Shown here in pieces: positions 1 through 11,725 of a DNA stretch of 46,008 nucleotides. Every line of letters begins with the position of its first letter. Positions within the stretch are counted from its first letter, which is position 1. Origin of the DNA: Octopus sinensis (Eukaryota); contig NW_021834684.1 in NCBI RefSeq assembly GCF_006345805.1, forward strand, positions 1-46,008, read 5' to 3'. A model generated the notes under the pieces. That model had not been told where the DNA came from and did no database searches. It saw nothing but the letters and a program-made list of their open reading frames with translations. The translations under genes and the position numbers were made by a program.

Positions 1-601
1 GCACCGGGGCGGCTTTTCGGGCGGGGGGTCCCGCGACCGCAGCGCGTCGCCCCCTTGCGAGGGATCAGCGCAGTCGTTGGCGCGCGGGCGGCCGTCGCTC
101 GCGTCTCGGAAGCTGACAAATCGAGATCAAGTAAAATTTATGCGGTTTTAATCTCACAATTCGGATGCATAAAAGGACAGAAAAGTGCATGAGGGCTTTA
201 CCGACAACAACAACAGCAACAACAACAAATAATTCTATATGCAAATTGCGTTGGACTGAATGCGCATCAACAGTTTCCTATCTAGATTCAGTTCGCGTCT
301 TTATTAAAAGGTATAACATCTGCTTCAGAAATATGCACACACAAATGTACACACCACCCAACTAACTACCTGTAGGAATCATTCATGCATGTGGTGCGTG
401 TGGAGTATTTCTCAGATAAATGACTGTGGAATGATACGGTACGAAGCGGATATATTATATTATATATATTATATATATATATTTTAATCCAAACGGGAAA
501 CAAAAAAAACAACAACAATGGAACAATTACAGTTATTATTAATAGGCGCTCAGATATATATAATATATATGCAAAGATATCATATGCATATACATATTAT
601 A

Positions 602-747
602 TAGGCGCAGGAGTGGCTGTTGTGGTAAGTAGCATGGTTCCGGGTTCAGTCACCACTGCGTGGCATCTGGGGCAAGTGTATTCTGGGCCGCAAAGCCTCG
701 TGAGTGGATTTGGGTAGACGGAAACTGAAAGAAGCGTGTACTATAAT

Positions 748-798
<51 letters not shown>

Positions 799-1020
799 TG
801 TGTATGTTATGTTGTTTGTCTGTGTTTGTCCCTCTAGCATTGCTTGACAACAGATGCTGGTGTGTTTAACCCCCTCACTTAGCGGTTCGGCAAAAAGAGA
901 CGATAGAATAAGTATTGGGCTTCCAAAGAATAGTCCCAGGGTCTAGTTGTTCGACTAAAGGCGGTGCTCCAGATTGGCCGCAGTCAAATGGCTGACTGAA
1001 CAACAAGTAAAGAGTAAAAA
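602..1020 (+). mobile_element. tRNA-derived SINE (octopus OK/OR-like) with internal (AT)n
   Basis: ggcgcaggagtggctg...ggtaagtag...ggttccgggttcagtc head with A/B-box-like motifs; gtaaagagt tail; homologous to 2166-2600. Confidence 0.8.
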
Positions 1021-1033
1021 AAAGGAGTATATA

Positions 1034-1087
<54 letters not shown>

Positions 1088-1104
1088 CTATATATATATA
1101 TACG

Positions 1105-1295
1105 GGTGCGGGCGTATCGGTGTTCCCCAGCACCGTTTCACCATCGGTGTTGTATGTTTACATCCCGTAACTAGTGGCCCTGCGTAAGAAAATGATACAG
1201 TAAATACCAGCTTACAACGAAAATAGACCTTGAGGGGAGTAGTTCCCCTTAAAAACTGGTCCAGGCGGCAGTCTAATGAATGAAACAGACAAAAA
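1105..1295 (+). mobile_element. Diverged SINE 3' fragment
   Basis: catcggtgttg...tgtttacatcccgtaact...gaatgaaac resembles the 3' half of the SINE at 602. Confidence 0.5.
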
Positions 1296-1316
1296 GAAAT
1301 CTATCTGTCTGACCTA

Positions 1317-1379
1317 TTATGTATGTATGTATGTATATATGTATTATGTATGTATATATGTATATGTATGTATGATATG

Positions 1380-1418
<39 letters not shown>

Positions 1419-1870
1419 TCATCTATCTATCAATACATATATATGTATATAAACACAACATGCATGAATGCAGCATCCATGCATACAAAATATATATATT
1501 CATACATTCATACATACGAAGATACACACACATACATGTGCGTGTATATATGTATATATGCAAGTATTCATCTATCTCTTAATACACACACACACACATA
1601 TACATATATACATGCATACCTACATTTATACATTCATACATATAAAGATACACTCACACAAACATATGCTTGCATGTATGTACGTTTGTACATATGTATG
1701 TATGTATGTAAGTATATATGTATGTAAGTATATATGTATGTATGTATATATGTAAGTGTGAAGGTGTCTATAGATATTTACATGCTTACATTCATATACA
1801 CATGCATAAAAACTTGTATGTATGAAAGTATGTATGTATATATGTGTGTGTGTATATATGTGTGGGTGTA
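1317..1870. repeat. Compound (ATGT)n/(AT)n/(CA)n microsatellite; related tracts at 29933-30135, 30690-31190, 43570-43897 and 44453-45005
   Basis: Directly visible. Confidence 0.9.
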
Positions 1871-2011
1871 TATATGTGTGGGTGGGTGGGAATTCGTAGG
1901 TTTTGATTTTCATATTCACATAAAACTTTTCTAATCAGATTGACGCTTCTTGTGAAGAATCCAAACCGAACATTAGACTTCATTAGATTAAGTCTTGCGA
2001 TATGTGTATGT

Positions 2012-2054
<43 letters not shown>

Positions 2055-2165
2055 TGGTGTGTGGTGTGTGTGTGTGTTTGTGTTGTGTGTGTGTGTATGT
2101 GTGTGTGTGTGTGTATGTGTATGTGTGTGTGTGTGTGTGCGTCTGTGTATTTGTTGGTTTGAACG

Positions 2166-2600
2166 AAATATCTCACTCTTTTACTCTTTACTCTTTTACT
2201 TGTTTCAGTCATTTGACTGCGGCCATGCTAGAGCACCGCCTTTAGTCGAGCATATCGACCCCGGGACTTATTCCTTGTAAGCCCTGTACTTATTCTATCG
2301 ATCTCTTATTGCCGAACGGCTAAGTGACGGGGACGTAAACACACCAGCATCGGTTGTCAAGCGATGGTGGGGGGACAAACACTGACACACAAACATATAC
2401 ACACACATACATATATATATATATACATATATACATATATTCGACAGGCTTCTTTCAGTTACCGTCTACCAACTACACTCACAAGGCATTGGTTGGCCCG
2501 AGGCTACAGCAGAAGACACATGCCCAAGATGCCAAGCAGTGGGACAGAACCCGGAACCATGTGGTTGGTAAGCAAGCTACTTACCACACAGCCACTCCTG
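2166..2600 (-). mobile_element. Near full-length tRNA-derived SINE inserted in the copy 1 upstream region
   Basis: Reverse complement of the 602-1020 family with an (AAAGAGT)n-like tail; absent at the equivalent site in copies 2 and 3. Confidence 0.85.
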
Positions 2601-2984
2601 AATATTAAAACAGTTTCCCAAGAATAACAAATAAAATTAAATAACAACATTAGTAAATAAATATATCATAATATATCCAGAAACAGGAATCATTTCACTT
2701 TACACGTGTCTCTCATTCATCAAAATATTTTGCTAATTATTGTGTGACAATATCAAACCATCTCTTTCCAATAATTAAACCTGTCAGACAAGTTCACACC
2801 CGCTTTTACAGTTCCACCAATCGCATTGGTTCATAAATTTACGATAAGATCTATGCCAGAGCTGGGTTGTTGTGCGCTCAATAAATACGTGGAATTCAGT
2901 TACAGGTCTTCAGCTTAAACCTCGCATCTCGATCTTTGTTGAAGCCACACGAAGTATCACGAACGACCGACAACTGTCACCAGA
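2600..2984 (+). promoter_or_regulatory. Conserved upstream/promoter block of copy 1
   Basis: Near-identical at ~31842-32229 and ~45247-45633; contains ACACGTGT (2702), CCAAT-cgc-ATTGG (2817-2829) and an AATAAATA TATA-like motif (~2880). Confidence 0.5.
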
Positions 2985-3126
2985 ATGGATTTCGCACAAC
3001 AGTTCAGGAATATTCGCAGCGTTATTCCATTTCTTCTCTCATAACTTTTGGGGTTCTTCTCGTGCTGACGATCGTCAATCTTCATCAAGATTCAAGAATA
3101 GGAAAAATGGAAGAGAAATCAAAACG
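2985..3126 (+). CDS. Short-chain collagen C4-like gene, copy 1, exon 1 (signal anchor); two 1-nt deletions relative to copies 2 and 3
   Basis: ATG at 2985 and ACG|GTAAGT donor. Near-identical to the intact 144-nt exon 1 at 32230 and 45634 but only 142 nt (ttt>tt, aaaaa>aaaa), so possibly sequencing error. Confidence 0.7.
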
Positions 3127-3438
3127 GTAAGTCATGGATTTGTGTTAATATATGTATGTCTTATGTATTTATATATGCATGTATGCGTGCATGTATGCAT
3201 GTGTGTATGCGTGCATATATGTATGCATCTACTATGTATGTATGAATATATGGATGTATGTATGAATATATGGATGTATGTACATACCGATGGATGGATG
3301 GATGGTGGATGTAAGGATGTATGCATGAACCATGTACATATATTCCTATAGAGCACACACACAGATACGATCCATCACACACGTATACACACAAAAAAAC
3401 ACAGGCGCACACGCTAAACATACATACAACATATATAT

Positions 3439-3556
<118 letters not shown>

Positions 3557-4116
3557 GTTGAAATATTGTGTGCAAGATTTTTTATGTGATGTCGTGTGTT
3601 GAAACAGATATTGTTATATTTCGGAATGGTCATATTGACATATTTGGTGTTATTTTGCTTCAGTGTTATTTATTTTTTACATTAATCTTAATCTTATTTC
3701 GGCCGGAGTTATTTCGTCACACTCCTGTGATCGCATCAGTGGTCCTTTGATTTCTTCTTTCTTATTTGTGTCTCTCCTTACTAACCGTCAGCCATTTTGT
3801 ATTTCTATTGTATGTCTTCATTTGCGCATGCTTATATCTCTATGTGCGTCTATGTTTATATAGTGTGTGTATGTGGGGGGATGCCTGTAATATTTGTATC
3901 TTCTGTTTATATACGTTCATGTAATTTGTATTTTGTTTTTGTTGTTGTTGTTTTGTTTATTCTTATTTTGTTCATGTGTTTACATCTACTTATTATTATC
4001 ATTACATATGCTTGTATGTATGTATGTATGTATGTATAACAACAATACTAGTAATAACAATAACAAATCGAATTGAAAAAAAATATATATACGTATATAT
4101 ACACACACATATATAT

Positions 4117-4147
<31 letters not shown>

Positions 4148-4264
4148 GGTTAATCCAAACGGGAAAACAGAAAAAACAACAACACGTGGAACAATTACAG
4201 TATTATTATTATTAGGCGCTCAGGAAAATGGAAGAAGGAGGGTATGACGTTTCGAGCGGAGCTC

Positions 4265-4304
<40 letters not shown>

Positions 4305-6088
4305 TTTATTTCTATTTGTTTATTTATCTGTGTATTTATTATGTTTTCTGGATCCTCTATCGTCACATGTTGTGGTGTGTTAGTGCTCCATTCTAGTTTT
4401 CTATTCAGGCTACGTTTATTTTCTATTATGTGTGTAGCTCCTGTAATTTGTCTAATTGTTGCATCTGTTCTATGTGTGGACAATATTTTAATTTTTATGT
4501 TATTGATTGATCCCCCGTGTTTCTGTTCGGCGTGTTGGTACAGAATCGATGAGCTTTTACCTTCCTTGAGCTGTCTCCAATGTCCATTTACCCGCTCTCC
4601 TATGCTTCTTGCCGTTTCCCCTACGTATGTCGTCTTGTTACTGCATCGTCCCTCTATACATCTTATACTATAGACTACATTCCTGGCTTTACAGTTTGTT
4701 TGTGGGCTAAATCTACATACAGTACAGTACTTATCCGTACTGGCGGTTCTACTAAAAGGATAGGTTCTACCAATTATAGATTTGATAGGGTTGCCTGGCT
4801 TTTCAACAACCTTAATTCTTGGCTTCAGTTTGTCTAGGGTCCTTCTAAAGCGGTACGCCAGTTCACCTCCAGGGGTGGTGTCAACGAACATGACACTCTG
4901 GTATTTATGGTTATCATACCATAAGTTGGCCTTCCCTATTTTCTTTTTTGTCCTTTCTATAGTGTTCCATGACTTGTTCCTATAGAGTGGGCAAATCCCA
5001 TTCCTATCATTACATAATATATTATCAAATTTCTTCATGGCTCCTTTGTATACTCTGATCCTTTCTTTATGGATGTAACCTGAGAACTGCATGCGGTGAA
5101 TGAAATATCGTATGTGTTTCTTTAACTCTGTGGGCTCGCACATGCGTGACACATTTCTCATTATTCTGAAGAGGTCTGCCATCAAAATATTGAATTTGGC
5201 ATTGTCCGCAATGGCTGAGTTCCGGTGGATCAAGTATTTTGAGGCCATAGGTTTGGCATAGTATGAATGAAGGATTTGGGTTTTATTATTCACAATTTCA
5301 AGCCAGAGTTCAGTGTCTAGCACTGGTAGTCTATGGTTGGGGTAGTCTATTGTAACCTTAATACTCTGGAGGATGGAGTTATCTATTTGCTGGATACTCT
5401 CCATAGTATTAGTTTCTATTTCTCTTTCAAGAGTTTTCTCTTGTGGGGGTGCCTTTACCACTATGTTGATATCATCAAGATAGCGAGATTACATGTTTAC
5501 GAGTATGGAGTTCTGTGTTAGGCGTTCTTTAAGCCTTCTGTCCCACCATACCATGGAAAGGTTAGCCACATCACCAGCGATACTAACGCCGATGGCTGCC
5601 CCCTCGTCCTAGGCATATATTTTATTATTAAACTTAAACGTGTGGCCTTTTAGGGTAACTCTTATACTAGCTCCTAGTGCATGTGCGATCATTTTCTTTA
5701 CCTGTTGGACATTTGCGGGGCTCCGTATGGCTCTGGTCCATCCGCGCCATCTTTCTATATGTGTCTTCCTAGCCATAGAAGTAATTGTGGGCGGTCTACC
5801 TCTTAAACATCTACTGGGGCAGAAACTACTAAGATTATGCTTATCTAAGTATTCATTATTACATGTCAGTCTAAGTAGGAGGCCCAGTTCTTCTGTGTTG
5901 ACATTACGGAACTCCACCTGGCTCTCGTTGATCATCTCCACGCACTTCTCCACCGCAAAATCTACGTCGATCGATGGGTATAGGGATACCACATCCATGC
6001 TACCCACCATACATCCTGTCAGGTCATAAGTGTTGTTACAGTCATTGATCCTGCTGAGGAGATCTTATGTGCTGTCACAAACATCAAT
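4148..6088 (-). mobile_element. Penelope-like retroelement (5'-truncated): RT plus GIY-YIG endonuclease, with 3' terminal region
   Basis: SMDVVSLYPSI, GAAIG and RYLDD (~5470-5485) RT motifs; NVVYSIRC...TYVGETARSIGERVNGH GIY-YIG; in-frame stops. Confidence 0.9.
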
Positions 6089-7790
6089 TTTATATTTACC
6101 TGGTAACTTCGAATTATCAATCGCTGATAACCCAGCCTCGGCCTGTTTCATAATTTCAATCCCACGACTTCTGTCTGACAATGTTCCAGCGTATACTCGA
6201 CCCAAGCTCTTGACGGGCTCTTCCTTGACTGTTGGAATGCTTTCTTCAGATATTCGAAACTTAAATTCTTTCTGCACTCCCTTAACAAATGTCAGACTAC
6301 GCGACTTTTTTGCTCTAAATCGCATCCTTGACCACCTTACAAGTTCGTCTAATCTCAAGAGGGCATTCTGCATGATTTTTTCATCTGTAGCTAGAAGTGT
6401 CACGTCATCCATGAAGGCTTTCTTAGGCGATTGTACATGGGCGATTTGTTCCGAAAAATCTACACCTTCCAAAATCAACTCCATGACTAAGATAAACCAC
6501 GTGACAGATATCGTACAGCCAGCAGCAATGCCAACTTCCAATCGGTGCCAATTTGTTGTAAAATTTCCAGTCGTAAACCTCATTTCGAAACTGTCATAGT
6601 ACATCCTCATTATTTGATCACTTTGTCAGGAATGTGGAAGTGGTCCATGGCTGTTATTAGTAATTTGTGTAAATATGCCACTGTTCTCCTCGACAGAATT
6701 CCATAAAGATCTTGCCTTGTAGGTATCCTTGATATGAGCATCCAATTCTTCTTTAGTACACGATAAAGTGCCACTCTTCGGTTCAGTTAATAGCTTCTTA
6801 GTAAACCCGTACGGGTCCTTCAGAAACTGCCCCCGAGTCCTTTTACTTTCTTTTCGACGCTCACATCGGCGGATATGTCGTTGCACATAACGACATTTCC
6901 TCTTCAAATCGTTATACAGCAGCGCAAGGCCAGGTTTCTCATCTAGTGCAGCACATCTCCATCGCTTTCTTAAGTCGGACTTTTCCTTCCTCAACTGCTG
7001 CATTTTTCTGATCCTCTTGCTTGGTCCACACTTTCCTTTCTCTAGCCGGATATTCTCTTTTATTCCAAATAAATCTTTCCTATATCGTATATTGAGCTTG
7101 ATAATTTGCCCAGTTTCTCCACTGTAGAGTCTGTCATTTTATAAAGAGCCGACAAACCTTGTTTTCAAACTCTTTATATTTCACTTTCTCATTAGCAGCA
7201 GCCACAAAACCCTCGGTTTCCTCTGAGTATTATCCGATGCACCAGTTTCATGACTTGTAGTTTCATCACGCGAAAAGGTCTCTGCTGTAGCATTTATCGA
7301 TCTGCTGTGGTTTGAGTCCGGGGATGATTTGCCACGTGTTTTACGATCTGACGATCCACACTGCTCTGTCCTCTTCTCACAAGTCTTTCCCTGATGTATC
7401 TTCAAGCCTCACAGTTGCAAAGGTTCTACAGCACAGCTTGCATCCAAAGTTGTTTGCATTTCGTTCGCTGTTCGAATGAATAACCGCACTCGTTTCCAAG
7501 GTCATTCCCGTGCTGACTCGGTTTGATTGATTCTCGATTCTCCCCTCTCGGTCGATCGTGGGGCTGTCATATCCATTCATATCTGTTACAATATATTACA
7601 AAGGCGAGGATCGTAAGTCCGCAGCCTCCACCAGTTTCCTGGTGTCGATAGTCTTTCCTATTGTCCGCTCGTCTTTCCGAGCAGTCCTCTTGTCTTTCCA
7701 AGATGCCTAACCGTCTTTCCGGTTTGTCAGTGGTTCCCTACCACAAGGTCTTAGATGTCTTGCAAACAACTTGCACATGCAAGTGCTACC
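6089..7790 (-). mobile_element. HERO-like non-LTR retrotransposon 5' part (5' UTR, N-terminal Zn finger, internally deleted RT)
   Basis: CKLCCRTF...KIHQGKTC; FLKDPYGFTKKLL; GIAAGCTISV and AFMDD RT motifs typical of HERO-type elements. Confidence 0.8.
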
Positions 7791-8108
7791 AGTTAAAAGC
7801 TCCGTATACCGGAAGCTAGCAAGTGTATGGGGTCATCAGGAGAGATTGCGCGCCGTTTCGGGGCCTACCTCTCGACGGCATCAATGCGCACTGATATGAG
7901 GCTCCGCTTGCTAGATCAGCTGGTTATGAAGAACTCAATATACTTCTAGCCATCGCTCATCGTCTCTTTTTAACCAAATCCAGTGGCTAGCCTTCTCCAC
8001 TGTAGATTGGATATCAGTCATGATGGTATTGACTTTACGATGAGTTAGGCCTAGCGATAACAACAGTCGTCTCACGCTGTGTCCAACAAACCCTCTACAT
8101 CCAATTTC
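7791..8108 (-). mobile_element. HERO-like element C-terminal end and 3' UTR
   Basis: EIGCRGFVGHS...EKASHWIWLKRDD* is the end of a restriction-like endonuclease domain. Confidence 0.75.
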
Positions 8109-8329
8109 TTTATTAGCCAATGGGCCCAAACATAGAGGGGGACAATACAGCCTGATTGGGGTCAGACACACAATGATTATATGACTCTTAAAATTTTACA
8201 AAATATAATGAAATCGAATGAAATCGAATGAGATACAACAAGGACGAAATACACACGTGAGATGAAGCAGAGAGATGGCTTACGCTCCGACCCCACGAGC
8301 CCCATTCTCCTACTGAAACATTTGTATGC

Positions 8330-11300
8330 AGACTTATGACATGTTCATGAGGAATCTTTCATTCCCAGCACCCTCGCAACATGCAACCATCTTTCTTTGA
8401 ACATTTTCTTTGACAGGCATCTTCTTTCCAGCCTCACCTTCCTTTAAGGAGGAAGATAAAATATCTCACCAACCCGAGACCGGAGATGAGGTTGCCTGTC
8501 GCCAAACCTTTCATTCGCGACTTCCATACCACCTCTTTCGCTATTGCTACTACTGCGAGAAAACATTGCTTATCTTCTTTCGTGAGGAAATCCGACGGTC
8601 AGAGACAGAACATCAGACGACAGCTGTACTCTTCCCGAAACTGACAGCAGATGTTCTGCATAAACCCACACTTCAGACACTCCCGAACACTGAACAATAG
8701 CGTGCAGGCCAGTTTCCCTATCCCGTCCGCATCTTGGACAGTCGGCAGTGGTGGTTCGACCGTGTCCTGCGAGCTTATCCCGAACGGGTAAGGCTCCTCG
8801 GTAACATTGCCAGGCCAGGGATTTTTGGAAATTATCCAAACACCCCGGCCCAAACGTCCTTCGGAACAGACTGTTTAACTAGTTATCTCCGAGACTTAGG
8901 GTTTCCTCTAGGGTATCGTCGTTCCCAGCCTCTACCAACCTGCTATAGAAAAATGTGGTGGTACCAAAACCGCTAGCATTACCCGAGCGATGGAACTGTA
9001 GGAGTGCTTTACGGCACTCCGTAAAACATGTACCCAACCTCGTTCTACGAAGGAACCAGCTTTCTTGTCCACTAAAACTTGTGAACCTGGGAAACATCCG
9101 TTTCGCGAGCGGAGACCACACCTGTTAACCATTCAGGAGTAGCCGGAGATACCTGAACCTCAGCGCATGTTTGCACATCAACAGCCAAGGCATCCCCAGT
9201 CCTCCATTCAACGGCTTTTGGCAGCAGATAGAACGCCTCACTAGAGGAGTGGTGCCCTTCCACAAAAAGCGGAAGATCTGCTTCTCCAGCTTGCTCAACC
9301 ACGAACCGGGACAGGGCACGACGGTTAGGCGGTAAATGATGACCGATGCGATAAACACATTGGCCACCTCCGCCCTCCCTTTCAAGGATAGCCACCGCCA
9401 AGACCAGGTCTTGACTATGCAGGTCACCTTGCTCAATACCTCTGCCCAGTTCTTTTCTACCTGGAGGTATGGTCTAAACCATACCCCTAGCAGCTTAACC
9501 GGGCCCTCCGTCCAACGTCCCACGACGCTATCCAAAGGCATCGACTTGCCCCTCCAGGTGCCGAGTTGCAAGCCGACTGACTTTTCCCGGTTAATCTTTG
9601 CTCCTGCCACCGTCTCGTAAACCTAATTGTTTCACGTACCCTCTGTAGGTGTTCCATCTTGGTTACAAGAATGGTGATGTCATCCGCATATGCTGAAACC
9701 GACTCTCCAACAGCCGGCCCCCTCGGGATGCCGCTCAACTTTTGCAGTAACGGCTCTAGGGCCATCACATACAAAAGTGGCGAAAGCGGACATCCTTGGC
9801 GAACCGAGCGCTTCATAGAGAACGGCCTAGAAAGAAATCCGTTCACCCGAACGATCGAATCGATGTTGTCGTATAATTGGATTATCCACCTAAAGAAGCC
9901 AAGACCCAGCCCGAACTGTGCTAACACGGACACCAGGTATCGATTAGTCAACCCTACCGAATGCTTTTGATGATCTAAATGGACCAAAATCACTACCAGA
10001 ATCACTACCAAAACCTTCTAAGGTATAGCGTATAAGATGGAGATTGTCCTGAATGCTTCTGCCGGGGACGGCACAGGTTTTTGCCTTGCCGATCAGAGTA
10101 TTCGCGACCTGCCCCAATCTTTTTGCTAGTACCTTGGCCAAAATCTTCACCTCTGCGTTTAACAGAGTGATGGGCCTAAAGTTGTCTATCTTATCTCCCT
10201 TGTTTGGGTCCTTCCTGACCACAGTCACCACTCCCCTGCGTACAGATCTGGGAATCGACCCATTCTACTGCCAGTTATCGTAAACCCCGGCCAGAATTTG
10301 CCCATACAAGTCTGGCATACTTTAGTACATTTCATAAGGCAAACCACCAAGTCCCGGCGCCCTACCAGCTTTACAGTTCGTTATAGCCTCTCTCACCTCC
10401 TGAGGTGTTATCGGACCCTCACAGCACTCAGCATCCTGCCCCGAGAGACGCGGCAGCCCGGCAAGGAAGTCCGAAATGTCCAACCTACCATCCGATCCAT
10501 CGCCCCTCCCGAAAAGCTGTGCAAAGTGCTCCTGAAAAGCCTGACACATCTCATCGGGTCGTTCACAATCTCGCCTTGTAGATTCTCCACAGATCGAATT
10601 ATGGAATCATTTCCACGTTGGGTTTCCATCACCCGAGCCCATCCAGCGGCATTGATCCCCTCACTCCCCATTGCACGAAGTCTACCCCTGATAATGCATC
10701 CCATGTGTTTGGCCTCGAGGTGCTGGTTTAATTCCAGTCTCTTAGCCTTCGCCTGAGCAGCACTACCAGTCAACACTGCTTCCTCTAATTCCTTAACCAG
10801 TTCTAGTTCTCTCTTACGCTCTCTTGCCACTAAACCTATGCTATATCTAACAGACTCAAATTTAATGGCTCTTTTGAGGGCGTACCACCATTTATTATTA
10901 ATGATGGTACCAGTTAAAGCCCTCTGTATCAGTAACTTAATCCGGCTTCTGTACTCTTCGTTCGCCAAATGGGACTTATTGAGTTTCTAGTAACCGGATC
11001 CTCTACTCTGTAACTTATCTAGGTTCAGCTTACAAGTGACCAATTATGATCACTGTAGCTGACCAAGTGGAACTGTGGACACTTAGCTATGGATCTATCT
11101 GTTCTCTAATTAGAATCATCCTATCTATATAGGACTTAAAAGACCCGTCACCACTTAACCATGTCCACATTGGGGTGTTCGGGAATTCAAGTCTGTATGG
11201 ATCTACTAGCTGAAAGCGACTTAGTAGATCCCGGAACCGGCATTAGGTATTCTATTTTGGTTCGAGCCACATTATCCACGCGCGCATCTTGAATAACATT

Positions 11301-11715
11301 AAAGTCCCCTAACAAAACTAATGGGTACGCCGTACCAAGAAACTTCTCTAGGTCTCGGAAATACTCAGACTGACCATGTAGGGGGTGTAAATTGCCACCA
11401 GTCTGATTTCTTACCGCAACTTAAAGTCAGGTCGAAGACGACCAGCCTACCCTCTGGGTCACAAAAAATTAACTTCTCTGAAACCCGGTTTCTTTTTAGT
11501 ATGACCAACACCCCCACACCCACCCGCCGGTGGACTGGAGAAATAAATTTCTCGTATCCGTCCAGGAGTGGGAGCAGTCCTCTTGATCCCTTTAACCGGG
11601 TTTCAGTAGCAACAATGACATCCTAATTATGTGACATGACGTCGTTTAAGAAGCGACTTTGCTTCCATCCCGCCGTCAGGCCACACACATTTAAACATCC
11701 AACGTGAACTGCCAT
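8330..11715 (-). pseudogene. Tx1-like ORF2 (APE endonuclease, RT, Zn finger), multiply frameshifted
   Basis: Series of minus-strand ORF fragments carrying APE, RT and C-terminal CCHC motifs in the expected order. Confidence 0.85.
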
Positions 11716-11725
11716 AAGTCTTACC

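Noticed and set aside
602-665. tRNA gene (also at 34076-34150)
   Set aside because: No full cloverleaf; these are SINE heads.
2985-3126. Firm pseudogene call for copy 1
   Set aside because: Both lesions are single-base homopolymer shortenings typical of long-read error; exons 2-4 are intact.
2872-3351. ORFs MRSINTW... and MLKPHEV... overlapping exon 1 (also at 32115 and 45585)
   Set aside because: Non-ATG alternative frames that run into microsatellite; only the MDFAQ frame is phase-compatible with the downstream exons.
6030-6599. 189-aa plus-strand ORF
   Set aside because: Antisense shadow of the HERO RT frame.
7651-7720. GTCTTTCC repeats with variable spacers as a mini-CRISPR
   Set aside because: 8-nt repeats and 12-13-nt spacers are far too short; the spacers are hairpin arms.
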